Assembly: GCA_051294905.1 (NCBI GenBank) | Contig: CM119371.1 | Span: 4,342,001 to 4,406,000 of the forward strand | Direction: 5' to 3' | From: Botryllus schlosseri | Lineage: Eukaryota | DNA: 64,000 nt | Shown: piece after piece, positions 1 through 13,457 of the stretch | Position numbering within the stretch: the stretch's first letter is position 1 | How the letters are laid out: each line of letters opens with the position of its first letter | The notes under the pieces: model-generated | What the model saw: only the letters and a program-made list of their open reading frames with translations | What the model was told of the DNA's origin: nothing | Database searches by the model: none | Made by a program: the position numbers and the translations under genes

Positions 1-3000
1 CTGTCGTTGTACGGATGAGCCCAAATCGCTGACATAAATTGATGAACATTCAGTGTGAATTTCGGCCCTAGTCGCGCGGAGCGGAATTTTTTTTTGAATA
101 AATCAAAGAATTTGATCAATAATATTAGTACGTCTATATGAGCAAGTGATGTCCATTCTTATTACTTCGTTGAAGCACGGTTTGTTCGTAACCTCTGGTA
201 GAGATTGACGCTACTTTAAAGATTGAAATCGCTGATACATACCAGACCAAATTAAAAAATCTCCTTTGATCAGACTCGTTCAATTTCAAATTAGCAATTT
301 TTACCGAGAGGTGGTGATATTTTCCTGTGCCAGTTGCGTTTATGTTGGAGGGGTCTGATTGCAGGGACAGGATCATTCGCCGCCAGCCATTTAAGCACCC
401 GAAAATCTATATCGATGGCTTCGGAATACATGGGTCGGTTTTATGGTGGTCAATCATTTTGGGAGCGCACTTTGCGGAGTAGCATGTAGCATACTTTATA
501 TATCTCCGTGTGTCCCGGAACCGAAGTTGCCGGAGCTAATAGTCCCCAACCCCCATACTGAACTGACACTCCTGCAGACTCAATCAACCCAATTCGACCT
601 CGGGCTACTCTAGTGTATCAACCGGTACTGTTGTATTCTCATAATTGAGAATGCAGCTAAATTCAATAATGGGTATTTGCGGAATAAATTTTTTTCGTGG
701 TACCGATAACAAAATCAAGACATGAACGGAACTAAATCGCGCGAAGCGCGAAGAAAAATTTTAGGTTGCATACATTTGCCCCAAAATACTCTAATATTTA
801 TTGATTTTACGAAAATTTTCAAAAATTTTTTTTTTTGGGGGGGGACGACCGCCCCTTTCGCCCCCCCCCTGGCTACGCCAGTGATACACTTTTGTCTTAT
901 TCTCCGTTGGTTGACTAAAAAAATATATAAAGAAGAGGCCAACTTTCCAATTCAACTCCCCAAATACCCCCCCCCCCTGAACGCTCCTTGAGTATCAATT
1001 TGCTATATTTCAGTCGAATTTGAACCTATCTTTAGCCAGAATTTTCAAAAAATATGGCAATTTCTCAAACAAGAGGACATTTGGGCGTGCTCCGAAAACA
1101 CTTTAAAAAAGTCCAAAAAGAGGAGGTATTATGGTAACCCTACCATATTTGTTGCAAATCAGTATCAGTATATAAATCATTTTATATAGGCTTACCATAT
1201 TTTTGAAATCTAAAAAGAGGACATCTTTCCGCTCAGAGCTCAAAATACCGTTTTTCTCTCCGCATTGCTTGGTGGATGACTAAAAAAAGGTCATCTTTTC
1301 GCTCAGAGCTAAAATCACCGTTTACCGCTCCGGAATACCCGCCGGAGCTTCACTTCTGTGCTAATTTACGGCATATCGCTCGCAATTTGCTCTAAATCTG
1401 ACCTAAATTTTCAAAAAGAGGACAAAATCTAAAAAAAGAGGACAAAAGGGCGTCCTCCGAGGACACTTTTAAAAAAGTAAAAACGAGGGAAAATCTTCCC
1501 AAAAGAGGACGTTTGGTAACCCTATTTTATATAGCTTAGTGTTTTCATCATTACAAAACACGGCAAAGCTGCGATACAATCAAAAGATAGAAAGGTTTTA
1601 AGATGACTTGGATTAGTCTTTGAAATCGGACAAACACCTGCGATTTGCGATTGCGATTACAATTCGACTTATTTCAGTAAATAATGGTTATTTATATTTA
1701 ATTTTGATTACATTTTGGCGTGGGCGGTGCCTGGTGCCCATACAATTATCAATATTAGTGGCATTACCTCGCGACCAGTGCGGATAAAAATTCGAACAGC
1801 ATCAATCTGTTTTGAAATACTATTGTTCTTATTGATTCACGAAAAGATTTTGAGCTAGCTTCAAGCCTTCAAAATTCCGGACATTTGGGCATATTTTAGA
1901 ATTTCCTCCCAGACGGAGTTTTTTTCAAGGCAATTCCGGACGTATGGCAACCCTAACTAACATTTCCTATAGCAACGATATTGAAATAACATACCTTTGA
2001 ACCATTTCGTGGGCATCTACTATCATACTATGCCAAAAGTAAAACAGTGATTGTGTTCTCGAGATTGCTTCAGAACGACTGGATGGTCAGACCCATCAAT
2101 GACTTTCAATGAACAGCGACATTTTTTGTTTCATAATGTGTGCATATATCCAGTAAGAAGTTTCATTCGAAACATTCATTTTCCTAAATACGAACTCGCC
2201 GACAGCGATTAACTTATTTCCTCGCGCTAAAAGAATTTATTTAGCCTATACTTGAGGACTTTATAGTTCTGCAATATCGCGTTTGACCACTCGTAGCTGA
2301 CCTATACACGTGTTATGACTTTTAATCCTAAAGCATGCGATTGACCGACAGGGTTGGTTTTAAAGCAGCTTACCAATATCAGCGGATTGCCTCGAACACT
2401 ACACATTAGTTTGGTGATGATACTGACTACGGCATGCCAATGAATAATTTCCCTTCGTAGCCCAGTTTTCAGACAATTTCACTCAAACTTAAACGAACTC
2501 AACCCTAAACTACTTTGTCTTTAAAAATCCACAGCAGTACTCTAGAACTACTAAAAAAAAGTAGTTAGCGAACCGTCAACTAACAAGAATGATGGTTCAC
2601 AAAAGCCTTGTCACTCAACGTATCTGCCATAAATTGAGCACACGATACCAATCCGTCGGATGACATTTATTGATAGGTATTATCAACTCGCGTTACAAAG
2701 GAAAGGCAAAAGAAACTCCATCGAGAGAGAGGTAGTGGAGATGAAGTAGGAAAAAGATGTCAAGTCAAATAGAAACGCTACGCCGGACTTTTCAAACTGC
2801 TGCTGACAAAGTCCTGGTTTTTGATCCAGTACGTACTTGATCACCCAAATCATTTCCATCGGAAATCATACACAATGTCAATAAATCGTGTTCTGGCAAA
2901 CGTTAGTTTTGCTCGGCAGACGGATGGTTGTAGATGAACTTTTTCAGCATGGTCCTGGAGTACCAACGTCGATGGCCTAGCTCAGCAACATCCATATGTC

Positions 3001-5199
3001 TCGATCACGCTCAGCTTGTACGTTATGAAGCTGCGTTCTCGGTAGATGCAAGCCGCAGCTCCAATCAGATGACACAGAATCACTTTGGTGTGGTCCTGCA
3101 TGATATAAAATGCAATGCAGCACACGAAAACTTGTGCACAATAGTCAGTGTGGATACTCAAGTAGAGGTAAGCTGGTTTATTTCTAATCTATTCAAGTGG
3201 AAGCAGTAGATGCTCAAAGTAGTCAGGTTGATGAGTAGAGATGGGACCAATAATTCGAGTACTCCAATACGAATTGAGTATTAAGTGGTATGATTCGAGT
3301 GGAGCATTGAAATGATAGGTCCCTTGCCTTTAAGAGTCGATTTATTAACAGGAATTATAGTTTTGATTGTATTTTATAATGTGAAAGGCTGTAAACTTCG
3401 ATTTAGTCATATCGCAGCATACGAAACATGTAGTACAGAGCTACGCACGATAGCGGAAATGACATGTGAAGTCGTGCTAAACTTTGCACCTTCAATAATC
3501 TCTTGAAATATTCCATAAATTATACCAGGTGCGGCCAACATACATTATGAGCGGCACTAAACAATTTCCGGGTTTGCCTGAAATTGTGGCCTGCGACTAA
3601 ATACATTTGCGATCAAATATTTTCGACCATGAACATGAACAACTCAAAGTCGCATTCCAATCTAACTGATGTTAACATGCAATCTTTATGAAGGGTTTCT
3701 GCGTCCAACAGGTATCCAGAGTTCAAAGAACTTGTTGACACTTTGATTTACCACAGACGTTACTTTGACTTCAACAGCTACTGAAGTACATGACGTTAAT
3801 AAATTAATGAATACTGTTTTTGGCATCTATGTCTTAAACTTGAAGTTATATTAAATATGATTCATTCCTTGTATAGGTGGATAAATACGCGATTAATGTA
3901 TCAATTCAGAAATCCGGCACGCCAAGTACCGTACTTTATTTTGCCATATGCCTTTCGCCGACTGTAGAAGTTGCCCGCACCTGACATATCCCAAACACAA
4001 TACTATATCACCGTTACCTCGAAGAGGTTGATCTGCATGATCCCGTTGCTAAGATGCAGCGCGATGACGCTTCTCATCCTAAACCACGTTCTGAGAAAGG
4101 GCAGATGCGTACTGGTGATCTTATTTCAATGCTATAGATGCCCCAGCCTGAAAAGTGTGCCGGCATTCATACCTCAACCATAACAGCGCCATTGAAAGTT
4201 AGTTACTCATTGTTGCGATAAAATCACTACCTTTGAGCCGAACGTCAATTCGATTGAATTCGAACATGGGAATTATCACTACACAATATTTTACAAATTA
4301 AACTAAAATTATATTCATTGCTTCAGTTCTTACCAAATTAGGTTACAATAAGAATTTTACCTACATTGTTATTTTCAAATTAGATAAATAATAAAATTAC
4401 TGAATTCACGAGAACTTACACTTCGAATCATGCTCAGTTCAGCTTATACCAAATACCATATCGCTTTAATTAGCATAATCGGACAACTACAATTATCCAG
4501 TTGTCCAAGTCTGCTATAAAGGCCATGTGGAGGGAAATAATGTTTGAGCGTGTAGACGAAATTTATTGCCCTATTTCGTCCAAATTGCCAAAAAAGGAGA
4601 GTTTTTATGCGCCTGACTTACGAATGGTTGAAAATAGAGAGTGACCGATATCGGATTCCCAAGCCGTTATCGATAAAGCCGATAACTAGTAACTAGTAGC
4701 TCCGCCGATAACCCCAATGTTTTAGCTTTGACACGACTTGAAATTTTTTCTTGTAATCGAATTATCTTTAGTTTTATTCGAATAGCGAAAGTGACTACTT
4801 GAACCAATTGTGATTGCTTAATGTAGCTAGGTAACTGCCAGTAGTGTTGCACAGTAGCAGTAGTTGAGTTTGTCGTGTTACTTCTATATCAAATGATATC
4901 ACGATAATATCAACCAACCATGATAAAATGCACACACATTTAGTTGCGGAAATACTTGGGCAAGGTGACTTCCTTGGTTAGTGAGCACGGGCATTGTTGG
5001 AGTGTGTAGTAACATTCTGCCTTGTCTCTGTATATGTACTGCAGTGGCTCGTCGTCTGCGTACACAAGTATTCACATGCTATCGTTGGAATGGCGCCGTT
5101 GCTGTTGTCATATCGTTAGTTGTCAATTAACATTTTTACCATATTTTGGACCACAACTAAACATTTCAAACAGAAATGCACAAACTACCATTTGGTTGA

Positions 5200-5900
5200 C
5201 GATTAACTAACTTCCGTGTTTTTTAGTTCCAGTTCAAGTATTTGAAAAGTGAGTAGTTATATTTTCAGTAGTGAGTTCCGCAAACTTATAAGATCTAGTT
5301 AAGTTGCAAGTTTCAAAAAGTGTTTCGTTCTACGTCTAATTGCGAGTTTTGAAAAGTGAGTAGTTTTAGTTTTGGATTTCAAAAATAGAGTAACACATTT
5401 GAAAAAAATATTCATATTTATTCCCGAAGCTTTTCGGCTGATCCTCGTCAGGGGATATCGTCAGCAATATTGCGAGAATTCGAATAACTATGTTCAACAA
5501 CAATATATATCGCTAATTATGACGTCACACAAAAATATACTAAGTTAGGAAAGTTAGTTGAGTAGTCATGGCTCCAGTTTTTGATTTGGAAAGAAATAAT
5601 TATAGTATTAGTTAGTTTGGAAAATTGAGTAGTTCTAATTGTAGTTGTCGATTTTGAAAAGTGAGTAGTTGTAGTTCTAGTTCTAGTTCAAATTTTGAAA
5701 AGTGAGTAATTCTAGTGGTACTGCAAGTTTTTAAAAATGAGTAGTTCTAGTTCTAGCTGTGTGTTTTGAAAAGTGACTAGTGTGAGTTCTCGTTGCTAGT
5801 TTTGAAAAGTGCGTATTCCTAGTTTCATTTGCGATTTAGGAAATAAGAGTTTTGAAGATGAGTCTTTGTAGTTGCGCATTTTTGAAAATCTACTAGTTTG
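5200..5900. repeat. Degenerate tandem array of a GAAAAGTGAGTAGTT(CTAGTT)-like unit, probably MITE subterminal repeats
   Basis: The motif ttgaaaagtgagtagtt recurs many times with variable spacing. Confidence 0.6.
5422..5455 (-). ncRNA. Minimal type I hammerhead ribozyme motif (Penelope-like element remnant)
   Basis: Minus strand reads tccc-CTGACGA-ggatcagcc-GAAA-agct-TC-ggga-ataaa. Both core boxes are present, with stem I tccc/ggga and a palindromic minimal stem III. Stem II is weak. Confidence 0.6.
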
Positions 5901-7095
5901 TACAAGTCTGACACAAACATTTCCATACCTAATCCTGCTTTGTCCATCAGATCCACCCATTTGATCACCAAAATTCTGCGGCATCTGTTGAATTTAACAT
6001 AGTTTTGACATACAGAAATTCACTATGTCGCCAGTGCTAACAATCTTTTTGCTAGTGTCGCATATCAGCAGGAGTCGTAACTTGGGTCTGTAATACCCGC
6101 TCTACTGGATATGCATCTGGAATCTGCATTTTGAGTTTCAAGATTAGCAGCGAGTTGGATTCGAAGATAACGGTTTGATTAACGTCAATGTCATTTTACA
6201 AATTGGGTTTGGTCACGTAATTTCTGATATTTTTCAGTGCAGACAAGGAAACTAGATAATTCTGGTTGACTAAGTAGAGTGCAATGCCGATAATCAAAAT
6301 GTGATTTAATTCTTTACTCTCATTCTAATCTAATTTGTGAAATTATTTTTGCTATCATTATAATTCCGGTCTAATTTTAGGTTTCCTGAAAATGAATGCT
6401 ACAGGAGAACCGTATTGTACGAAACGAGACAATTTTGCTATACAGACATTTGCCACTCTTGTGCTCATGAGTATAACTCTGATTTGATATGAGCTGAACT
6501 TCATTCAATTTCCAAGTTTTCGCGAATTCAGTGGTCATTACCAGATGCAGATTTTAAGTTACAAAATCTCCGATATGTAGTGGAAATATGCTACATTTCA
6601 AGAAGGAAGTATATTACAATGTATACAATCAGTTGTCAAAAATAAATACTCACAGATATTTACAGGTGATTTCAAGGTTGGATTGGTATCAATCGATTTC
6701 TTGAGCCGAGCTGCCATTTCTGCCAAAGGAAAGTATGTTGATTGGCTTGTCACCTACCGGTTTCCGTGTATCATCTGTATTAGCAGCACCTGTCGAGTAA
6801 AATAATAAACGGATACAATTATTCCACAATCGCAATACATTTGTGTTGAGTTGGAAAAAATCGCATCCTTTGCAAGCGTGCATTAGGTTGAAATGTGGAT
6901 TGGTCGGTTTTCTTCCTCCATATGACCACATAAAAAGTAGTACTTTACTCTCAGAATAGAACCAGTCAAACGCTCGAATTTGTATAGCTAGTTGGCGACC
7001 TCCTGATGTGGTACAAATCATCATCGGCAATATATCGAGACTGTTGGAGGAACGGAACTACATTATATGATTGAATAATGTATAGTTATTTAAAT

Positions 7096-7562
7096 CAGGG
7101 TTGTGATGACTCGACTCGAGTCTGACTCGAGTCATCTTTTCAAAATATGGAAATGACTCGACTCGAGTCAATCTGTGTATTGACTTGACTTGGACTAGAG
7201 TCATTGCGCATGTCTCGAGCCAAGTCATATGACTCGAGACTCTGACCGCCAAGACCGACATTTCATTGCACTTTCGAGGAATAATAAAGTAACCTCACTA
7301 TTGGGATTTCGTCTATTGGTACTGGTACTTGAAAATGCGATCAGAAACTGCTAACGGTTCTAAAAGTGGGTGTAACGAGACTTCAACTGGAAACTGAGCA
7401 GCCAACACAATGACTTGGACTCAATTGATAATAACATGACTCGGACTCAAACCTCTGCTCGCTGACTTGGACTCGGACTTGACTAGGTGGTGAATTGAAA
7501 ATGACCCAACTTGACTCGAGTCAAAACTATAAACGGTGACTTGCGAATTGGTTAGAACCCTG
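7096..7562. mobile_element. hAT-type MITE (CAGGGTT TIR, GACTCGAGTC-rich family)
   Basis: Termini cagggtt...aaccctg. Homologous to copies at 11465-11899 and 46585-47173. Confidence 0.8.
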
Positions 7563-8715
7563 ATAGAAATAAACCCAAATATTTCAGTCCGGGGTAATTG
7601 TCAGCAACGAGTAGAGGATGGAAAACAACTTTTTATATCAACATAATTGGTTATTTTTTAATTCTCCATAGTTGCTAACAATTACCCCTGTCGGCCAAAA
7701 TTATTTGGGTTCATTTCAATATCAATAGATCATTCAATTGTACAGAGGTAATTCCTGTCACAGAATTGCTTCTTGCAAGATTGCTGGGACAAATGAGAGA
7801 ATAAATGGAGGTTGATTGAAAAGTCAATCCAGTAATTGTAACATAATAGTTTCAAATGAGCAACTGAAGCTGCTGATTTCTATGATTTACGAGGTAATAC
7901 TGGGAGCACAAGATATCACTCAAGGCTTCGTGTAGTCAAATACGAATTTATTATTAGTTTTAATCTCATGATTCAAGTCAAGTAGTGAGAGACTATTTTT
8001 GAAGTAACTGACATATAGGCCATTCACACGAAGTGTAATATACCAATACTCGATTCAGGTTCGAGTGCTAGAATCAGTTATGACCCCCTTTGAATACCAA
8101 GTTCAATGTTGAGAAATAGTGACGAAACCCAACTAGGCTCAAGTTATCATGAATGAGACTCGATTCGGAATCGAATCACTTAGGAACTCGATTTTGCAAA
8201 GACCTGCGAAAAAATCTTATTGTTCAAACTCTGCAGAGGACTCCTTTGCTCTAGTTGGCTTTCTGAAAATATGGGCAAGCAAGTTGTTCAAGCAGTTTGT
8301 GGGCAGCTTCTGTGGAATGTAGCCGTTGAAATACTCACTGGCCCGCACTTTCTTTACGGAGGATTGTTGAGATGGGTCACTCGCCAACATTCTGGTGAAA
8401 ATCACAAATAGTAATAAAATCACAGACATTAACTCACATTTTGTAAGATTGTTTGGTAACCAGGATTTATGGATTTAAAACTATCATATGAATCAAAATT
8501 TGAATTTCAAATAGGGAACTGTTTCCCTATTTGGATAGGAAGAGATTTAAGAATCATGATTGTAACCACACTGACGATTGAACTTGGCCCTCGATGAATT
8601 CATCCTTCGGTAAACTCGGTCTATGGTGAATTTGGTAATATAAACCATTATAAACGTTGTGAATTGCATTAGGGTAATTTGTTATTGGAGACAATGGTGA
8701 ATTGGTGGTGGTGGA

Positions 8716-10460
8716 CTCAAACTGAAATCGCACAAGGCCGACGGCTATGACCAAATCCCATCATGGTTTTTAAAAATGATAAGCCTGCATATCGGTCAAT
8801 ATATGGCCCATTTTTTCAACTTCATGATAGAAAATGGAGTCTACCCAAGCTATCTAAAAAAGCCAGAGTAGTCCCTGTACACAAAGCTGGGGATAGAACT
8901 AATGTCACCAACTACCGTCCGATATCTGTTCTCCCATGCATCGGGATTGTATTCGAAAAGTTGCTCCTCTCCCGCCTGTCCTCATTCCTCGCCAAAATGT
9001 CTGTTATTTCCCCTCAACAATTTGGCTTCCGAAACAAACACCAAACCGCTCATGCCCTCCTAACAGTGGCCGAACAGTACTATGATATCTCAGAGAAGCG
9101 AAATGTGGGATGTAGCATTTTTCTCGACCTAAAAAAAGCGTTTGACTGCGTAGATCATAAAATTCTCATCTCGAAATTGGCGCGTTACGGACTTCGGGGC
9201 CCACAACTTGAGCTCATGAAAAGTTACCTCACTGGACGCCAACAAATGGTTGCGATCTCAGACACCTTGTCCTCTCCTCACCCGGTGACCTTTGGTGTGC
9301 CCCAGGGCTCAGTACTTGGACCGGTCCTTTTCACCTTATATGTCAACGACATTTTTGAAACCTCCTCACTGAACACCACACTGTTCGCTGATGATACTCA
9401 CCTCCTCTCTTCCGCATCTTCGACGGCAGAGCTGGATGCCCTGACTGGTGACCAAATGCCCAAAGTCCATGAGTGGACGGCCCAGAACAACCTTTGCATA
9501 AACGCCTCGAAATCGCAATTGCTGACAGTCAATTCAAAAAATAACCTAACCGTTAATATCGCTGGTCAGCCCGTTTCCAACACAGATAATGCCAAATATC
9601 TCGGAGTTTTACTGGACTCGAACATGTCCTGGAAGAGTCATATTCAGTCCCTAGAAACTAAATTATCACCGAAGTGCGGCCTGTTCTACAGCCTTGGGCG
9701 CTTCATGCCAGCATGGGTTCTCCTGATACTCTTTAAATCCTTAATCCAATCGAAGTTACATTATGGCATCCTCTGTTGGGGGGCTGCCAGTAAAACTGCA
9801 CTCAAGCCACTGCAGAAACTACAGCATAAAGTGCTCCGAATCATAGCTAGGGCCCCAAAGGGGCCTGGCTGCCCATCCAATAAGTCGCTGCTGAAGAGAT
9901 TCGGCGTCCTAAACATAGAAGATATGCGGAAACTAGAAATCGCCAAGTTTATGTATCAGTTTCACTGCGGTCGTTGCCCCGAATATTTCAATGACTTCTT
10001 TACCTCTGAATCAAAAGCGCACAAGTACAACACACGCGCGTCCACGTCGTCCAAATATCATATGATCGACCGAAAAGATCATCGCTCCATCAAATATGCC
10101 GGACCTGATGTGTGGAACAGTATCCCGCCGGCCATCCGACAGTCGACGAGCATGTCCACATTCAAGTCGAAATACAAGCAATTACTACTAAATAAATACA
10201 GTCCATCCTCAAGATTACCGGACCACGACTGACCTATCGATCTCGCTTCCCATGACATGCCGCCCTATTTTTTGTCGCTTTCTTTTTCTATACTGTATTC
10301 TTTACTTTCATTCAGTGTGCATGCCTCCTCTTTACTACGCCTAGGCCAAGGTGGGTGTCCGATTCCATTGACAAATCCAAGTCGCTTCGACATCTTCCTG
10401 TCTATTCATTGTATCGCATTTTTTGTGGTGTATTGAACTGATAAAATTGCTAATAAACCA
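8716..10460 (+). mobile_element. 5'-truncated non-LTR retrotransposon (CR1/L2/Jockey-group LINE)
   Basis: ORF2 homology starts at about 8716 (LKSHKADGYDQIPSWFLK...GVYPSYLK), with a frameshift in the A-run near 8856-8860. The 3' UTR ends in AATAAA near 10452. Confidence 0.9.
8763..10232 (+). CDS. LINE ORF2 reverse transcriptase and C-terminal region (partial, no endonuclease)
   Basis: Motifs NYRPIS, QFGFR, FLDLKKAFDCVDH, GVPQGSVLGP, FADD and KYLG. The first ~32 codons of the ORF call are out of frame. Confidence 0.92.
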   Translation: MVFKNDKPAYRSIYGPFFQLHDRKWSLPKLSKKARVVPVHKAGDRTNVTNYRPISVLPCIGIVFEKLLLSRLSSFLAKMSVISPQQFGFRNKHQTAHALLTVAEQYYDISEKRNVGCSIFLDLKKAFDCVDHKILISKLARYGLRGPQLELMKSYLTGRQQMVAISDTLSSPHPVTFGVPQGSVLGPVLFTLYVNDIFETSSLNTTLFADDTHLLSSASSTAELDALTGDQMPKVHEWTAQNNLCINASKSQLLTVNSKNNLTVNIAGQPVSNTDNAKYLGVLLDSNMSWKSHIQSLETKLSPKCGLFYSLGRFMPAWVLLILFKSLIQSKLHYGILCWGAASKTALKPLQKLQHKVLRIIARAPKGPGCPSNKSLLKRFGVLNIEDMRKLEIAKFMYQFHCGRCPEYFNDFFTSESKAHKYNTRASTSSKYHMIDRKDHRSIKYAGPDVWNSIPPAIRQSTSMSTFKSKYKQLLLNKYSPSSRLPDHD

Positions 10461-11464
10461 ATGATGACAATGATGGACATGTCATATGAATGCCATTATA
10501 TTCAAGCTCCCAGGAAGTTTTGTTTTGCACACACTGTGGTACATGACATTTCTGTGAAGTCGTGATCAACCAAAAGCATTGTCACAAATAGTGCGATGAA
10601 ATAGGTATGGTCAAAAAAGTGCCAAATAATCTTTATGATGTGACTAAAATAAGCATTATAATCTTGTTGGTGTTGCTGTGACGTTAACATGAGTGACTCA
10701 AACTCATGACTTGATTCAGAATCAAATTACTGACACTCTACTTTAGCCAGCCCTATTCATTTCATGTTCAGTATCAAAAAGCAAGTATTAAATGAAGTTT
10801 CTAGTTTGGAAGGTTCACCGGTCTACGAAAACTGTTTTCAAATTTGACCGTCCCTCCAACTCAGAAGGGTTTAGAATTACTGTCCAACAAATTATATTGT
10901 TTTGCTCATTCCAGCAAACCGACTACCTTATATTTTTGTTGTCAGTCGCTGATGGAAACTACGAAAGAAGATGCGCCATCACAAAACCAGAGACTTGGTG
11001 CTGTTTGGTTTCGTGATTGTAAAATCATTCAAGATATCAAGGTAACCAGTAGTGCTTTTGTAAATAATCTTCGAAAATTAGGTCAAAACCAGAGCCTGCC
11101 GATTATTGGTTTGCCAATTTGGGGAAAAACTATGCACATTATGTACCATTAACGTAAGATGGCGCTACAAGCTCTCGAAAGTGGACTTGTACCAACTACT
11201 GGATTTTCAACATTAGTAACAAGAATGAGAACTGCTCACTTTTCCTAATTCTCTACTTGATACGACCATTGAATATCGGCTACTGACTAGCTATTACAAA
11301 GTTCGCTAATGATTGTTTGGTTATAAATTACGAAGGAGCTAAGAAATATCGGAGATAGAATTGGCATCTCAAATTGACGGGGTTTCGAGTTTAAAACAGG
11401 AGTGGTTTTTGACCAAAAATACTCAGCCCTGCCAATACCACTGTTTGGCGTGATCATTCTGAGC

Positions 11465-11899
11465 CAGGGTTGTTATTCAAGTTGCGATTTTTAGTGACTC
11501 GACTTGACTCGAGTCATTTGTGCAAATGACTGAAATGACTTGACTCGAGACTATAGGACTGTCACTGTAACTTCGAAGAATAGTAAAGTCACCACACAAT
11601 TGCTGTTTCGTATAGCAGTCCTGATAATTGAAAATAGGACCAGAAACTGTTGATCCGAGGAAAATAACGATATTAGGAGTGCGAACCATTCTATATCACT
11701 TGGGGAGAGTTGTAAAATGGTGATTGAACCAGATTGGACTGATAATGGAACAGTGAACATAATGACTTGCACTCGGACTCAGATCTTTACTAGCTGATTT
11801 GGACTCAGACTTGACTCGATGGTGAATTGAAAATGACTCGACTTGATTCGAGTCAAAACTATAAAAGTGAGATTGACTTGTGACTAGGTTACAACCCTG
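11465..11899. mobile_element. hAT-type MITE (GACTCGAGTC family)
   Basis: Termini cagggttgt...acaaccctg. 8-bp TSD ttctgagc/ctctgagc. Confidence 0.8.
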
Positions 11900-12198
11900 C
11901 TCTGAGCTAGGAAAGGCTACAAAAATATCATGCAACAGAACACCGGTATCACTGCGACATACGTTTTCTAGTTGTCGACAACTACATTTTTTTGAATGAA
12001 CCACTCACTCCTCAAGATCTACAACTACAACTAGAACAACTTGCTTTTATGCTACGCAACTAAAACCTGAATTACTCAAAATGGCAGTAGTTTGTTGACC
12101 ATCAACTACCTGGATTGGTAGTTTATACAAATCAGTATACCTGAGTAATTGAATACAAAATTTGTATCGACAGCTTGGAATCTATTCCTGAACAAGAT

Positions 12199-12565
12199 GG
12201 ATTTTCATCATATCGATGTAGGGTAAATGAATGCAGTGCTTGCCAAATTCCAAAATGTATCTCACTGTTCTGTCTTTCATACACATTCTGGAATTATCTT
12301 TTGGTATGATGATGCAGGTTGTTGCCTTCAATTTCAGGGAATTTGCTCAAATGTATTTTCAGCCTATTGATATAAAATTTTATACATCATATAAACGAGC
12401 TAGCAGAATTACTGTCTCAATTATTACTAGCTCTAGCAGCGACACAGGTTCTGCGTCTGTGATATCCACAGACGATGATATCCCAAGTTCCAGTGGAATA
12501 AATAAACCTAGCTTTGTGTTGCAAGCACTGCATTCATTTACCCTACATCGATATGATGAAAATCC
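12199..12565. repeat. 45-bp perfect inverted repeat with ~277-bp spacer
   Basis: ggattttcatcatatcgatgtagggtaaatgaatgcagtgcttgc at 12199-12243 and its exact reverse complement at 12521-12565. Confidence 0.85.
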
Positions 12566-12746
12566 AAAAGATGGCAAGATTTCATCATATGTTGAAAACA
12601 TAATTACTAATCACAACCACCACCACCAATATTAACGAATGATTCCGAATAAATTGACATTCTAACATTTTCAACAACTACCCTTTGAGGAGAGTTTATT
12701 ATGGGGGATTATCACCATATTCAGTATCCATTGCCATGATGTGGTC

Positions 12747-13457
12747 TCAGAGAGCCTCGAGTGAACTTATCGACGAAGAATCAATCTGTGTCTCTTCACG
12801 GGATATTTTACTGCGCTTCGATCCAGCTTCATCTGACTCGTGGTTATGGCTTTGTCGTTTTCTAGTGTTAGATGTGTTTTGACGAGGTCGAAGTCGATTC
12901 TTCCCATAGCTCGGCTCTGCTCCAGCCTTCTTCATTTTATGTTTAGAGCTTCGCCACTTCCATAGACCAGGATCTTTAACGTCAAATGCGTATTCACGTG
13001 GTCGACGCTGACGTTCCAAAAATATACAATCGTCTTCATTTAATCGCTTCATTACACCTGCTGTCAAAATGTCAAACATCTTGGTCAACAGAATTTTAAA
13101 ATCTTTCTCTTCATCAATCGTCCTTTGGGATAAGTGTTCACCGGGACGGGTTTTACGCATAATTCTACAATATCTCCTCCATAGCTGATTCACTTTGTAT
13201 GTTACTGACTTCCTACTTTTACAACATGGCAATCCCGGTGTTGTGGTTTCAAGAAGACTGCTCCAGATAGCTTTCAGCTCTTTCCAGATACGTATTGCCA
13301 CCTGATTTTTAGTGAGCCGCTGTACTTTCAAGTGAAATACATATCTTTGCATCACTTCATGAGTAGAAGGGAGTCTCACAGAAGAAAATGTTTTACTTCT
13401 TGCCTTCCCTATAAGATGCACGTAATCATCGTTGGATCGACGCTCCATATATTCCAC
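12747..13457 (-). CDS. N-terminal domain of a hATm-like transposase, no catalytic domain
   Basis: Pattern LIG...LPS..EV...W...MFDI...EDDCIFLERQR, the same domain that is decayed at 21100-21540. A splice acceptor (ttttattacag) lies at 13476, and a TAGGGTGGTTC terminus lies upstream at 14022. Confidence 0.6.
   Translation of the reverse strand: MEYMERRSNDDYVHLIGKARSKTFSSVRLPSTHEVMQRYVFHLKVQRLTKNQVAIRIWKELKAIWSSLLETTTPGLPCCKSRKSVTYKVNQLWRRYCRIMRKTRPGEHLSQRTIDEEKDFKILLTKMFDILTAGVMKRLNEDDCIFLERQRRPREYAFDVKDPGLWKWRSSKHKMKKAGAEPSYGKNRLRPRQNTSNTRKRQSHNHESDEAGSKRSKISREETQIDSSSISSLEAL

Noticed and set aside
470..510. Possible P-element-like terminus (cacggagatatata on the minus strand)
   Set aside because: There is no partner end or transposase in the window.
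10926..11041. Plus-strand exon-like segment (SLMETTK...QDIK|gt)
   Set aside because: It is isolated, with no compatible neighbouring exons and no recognisable domain.
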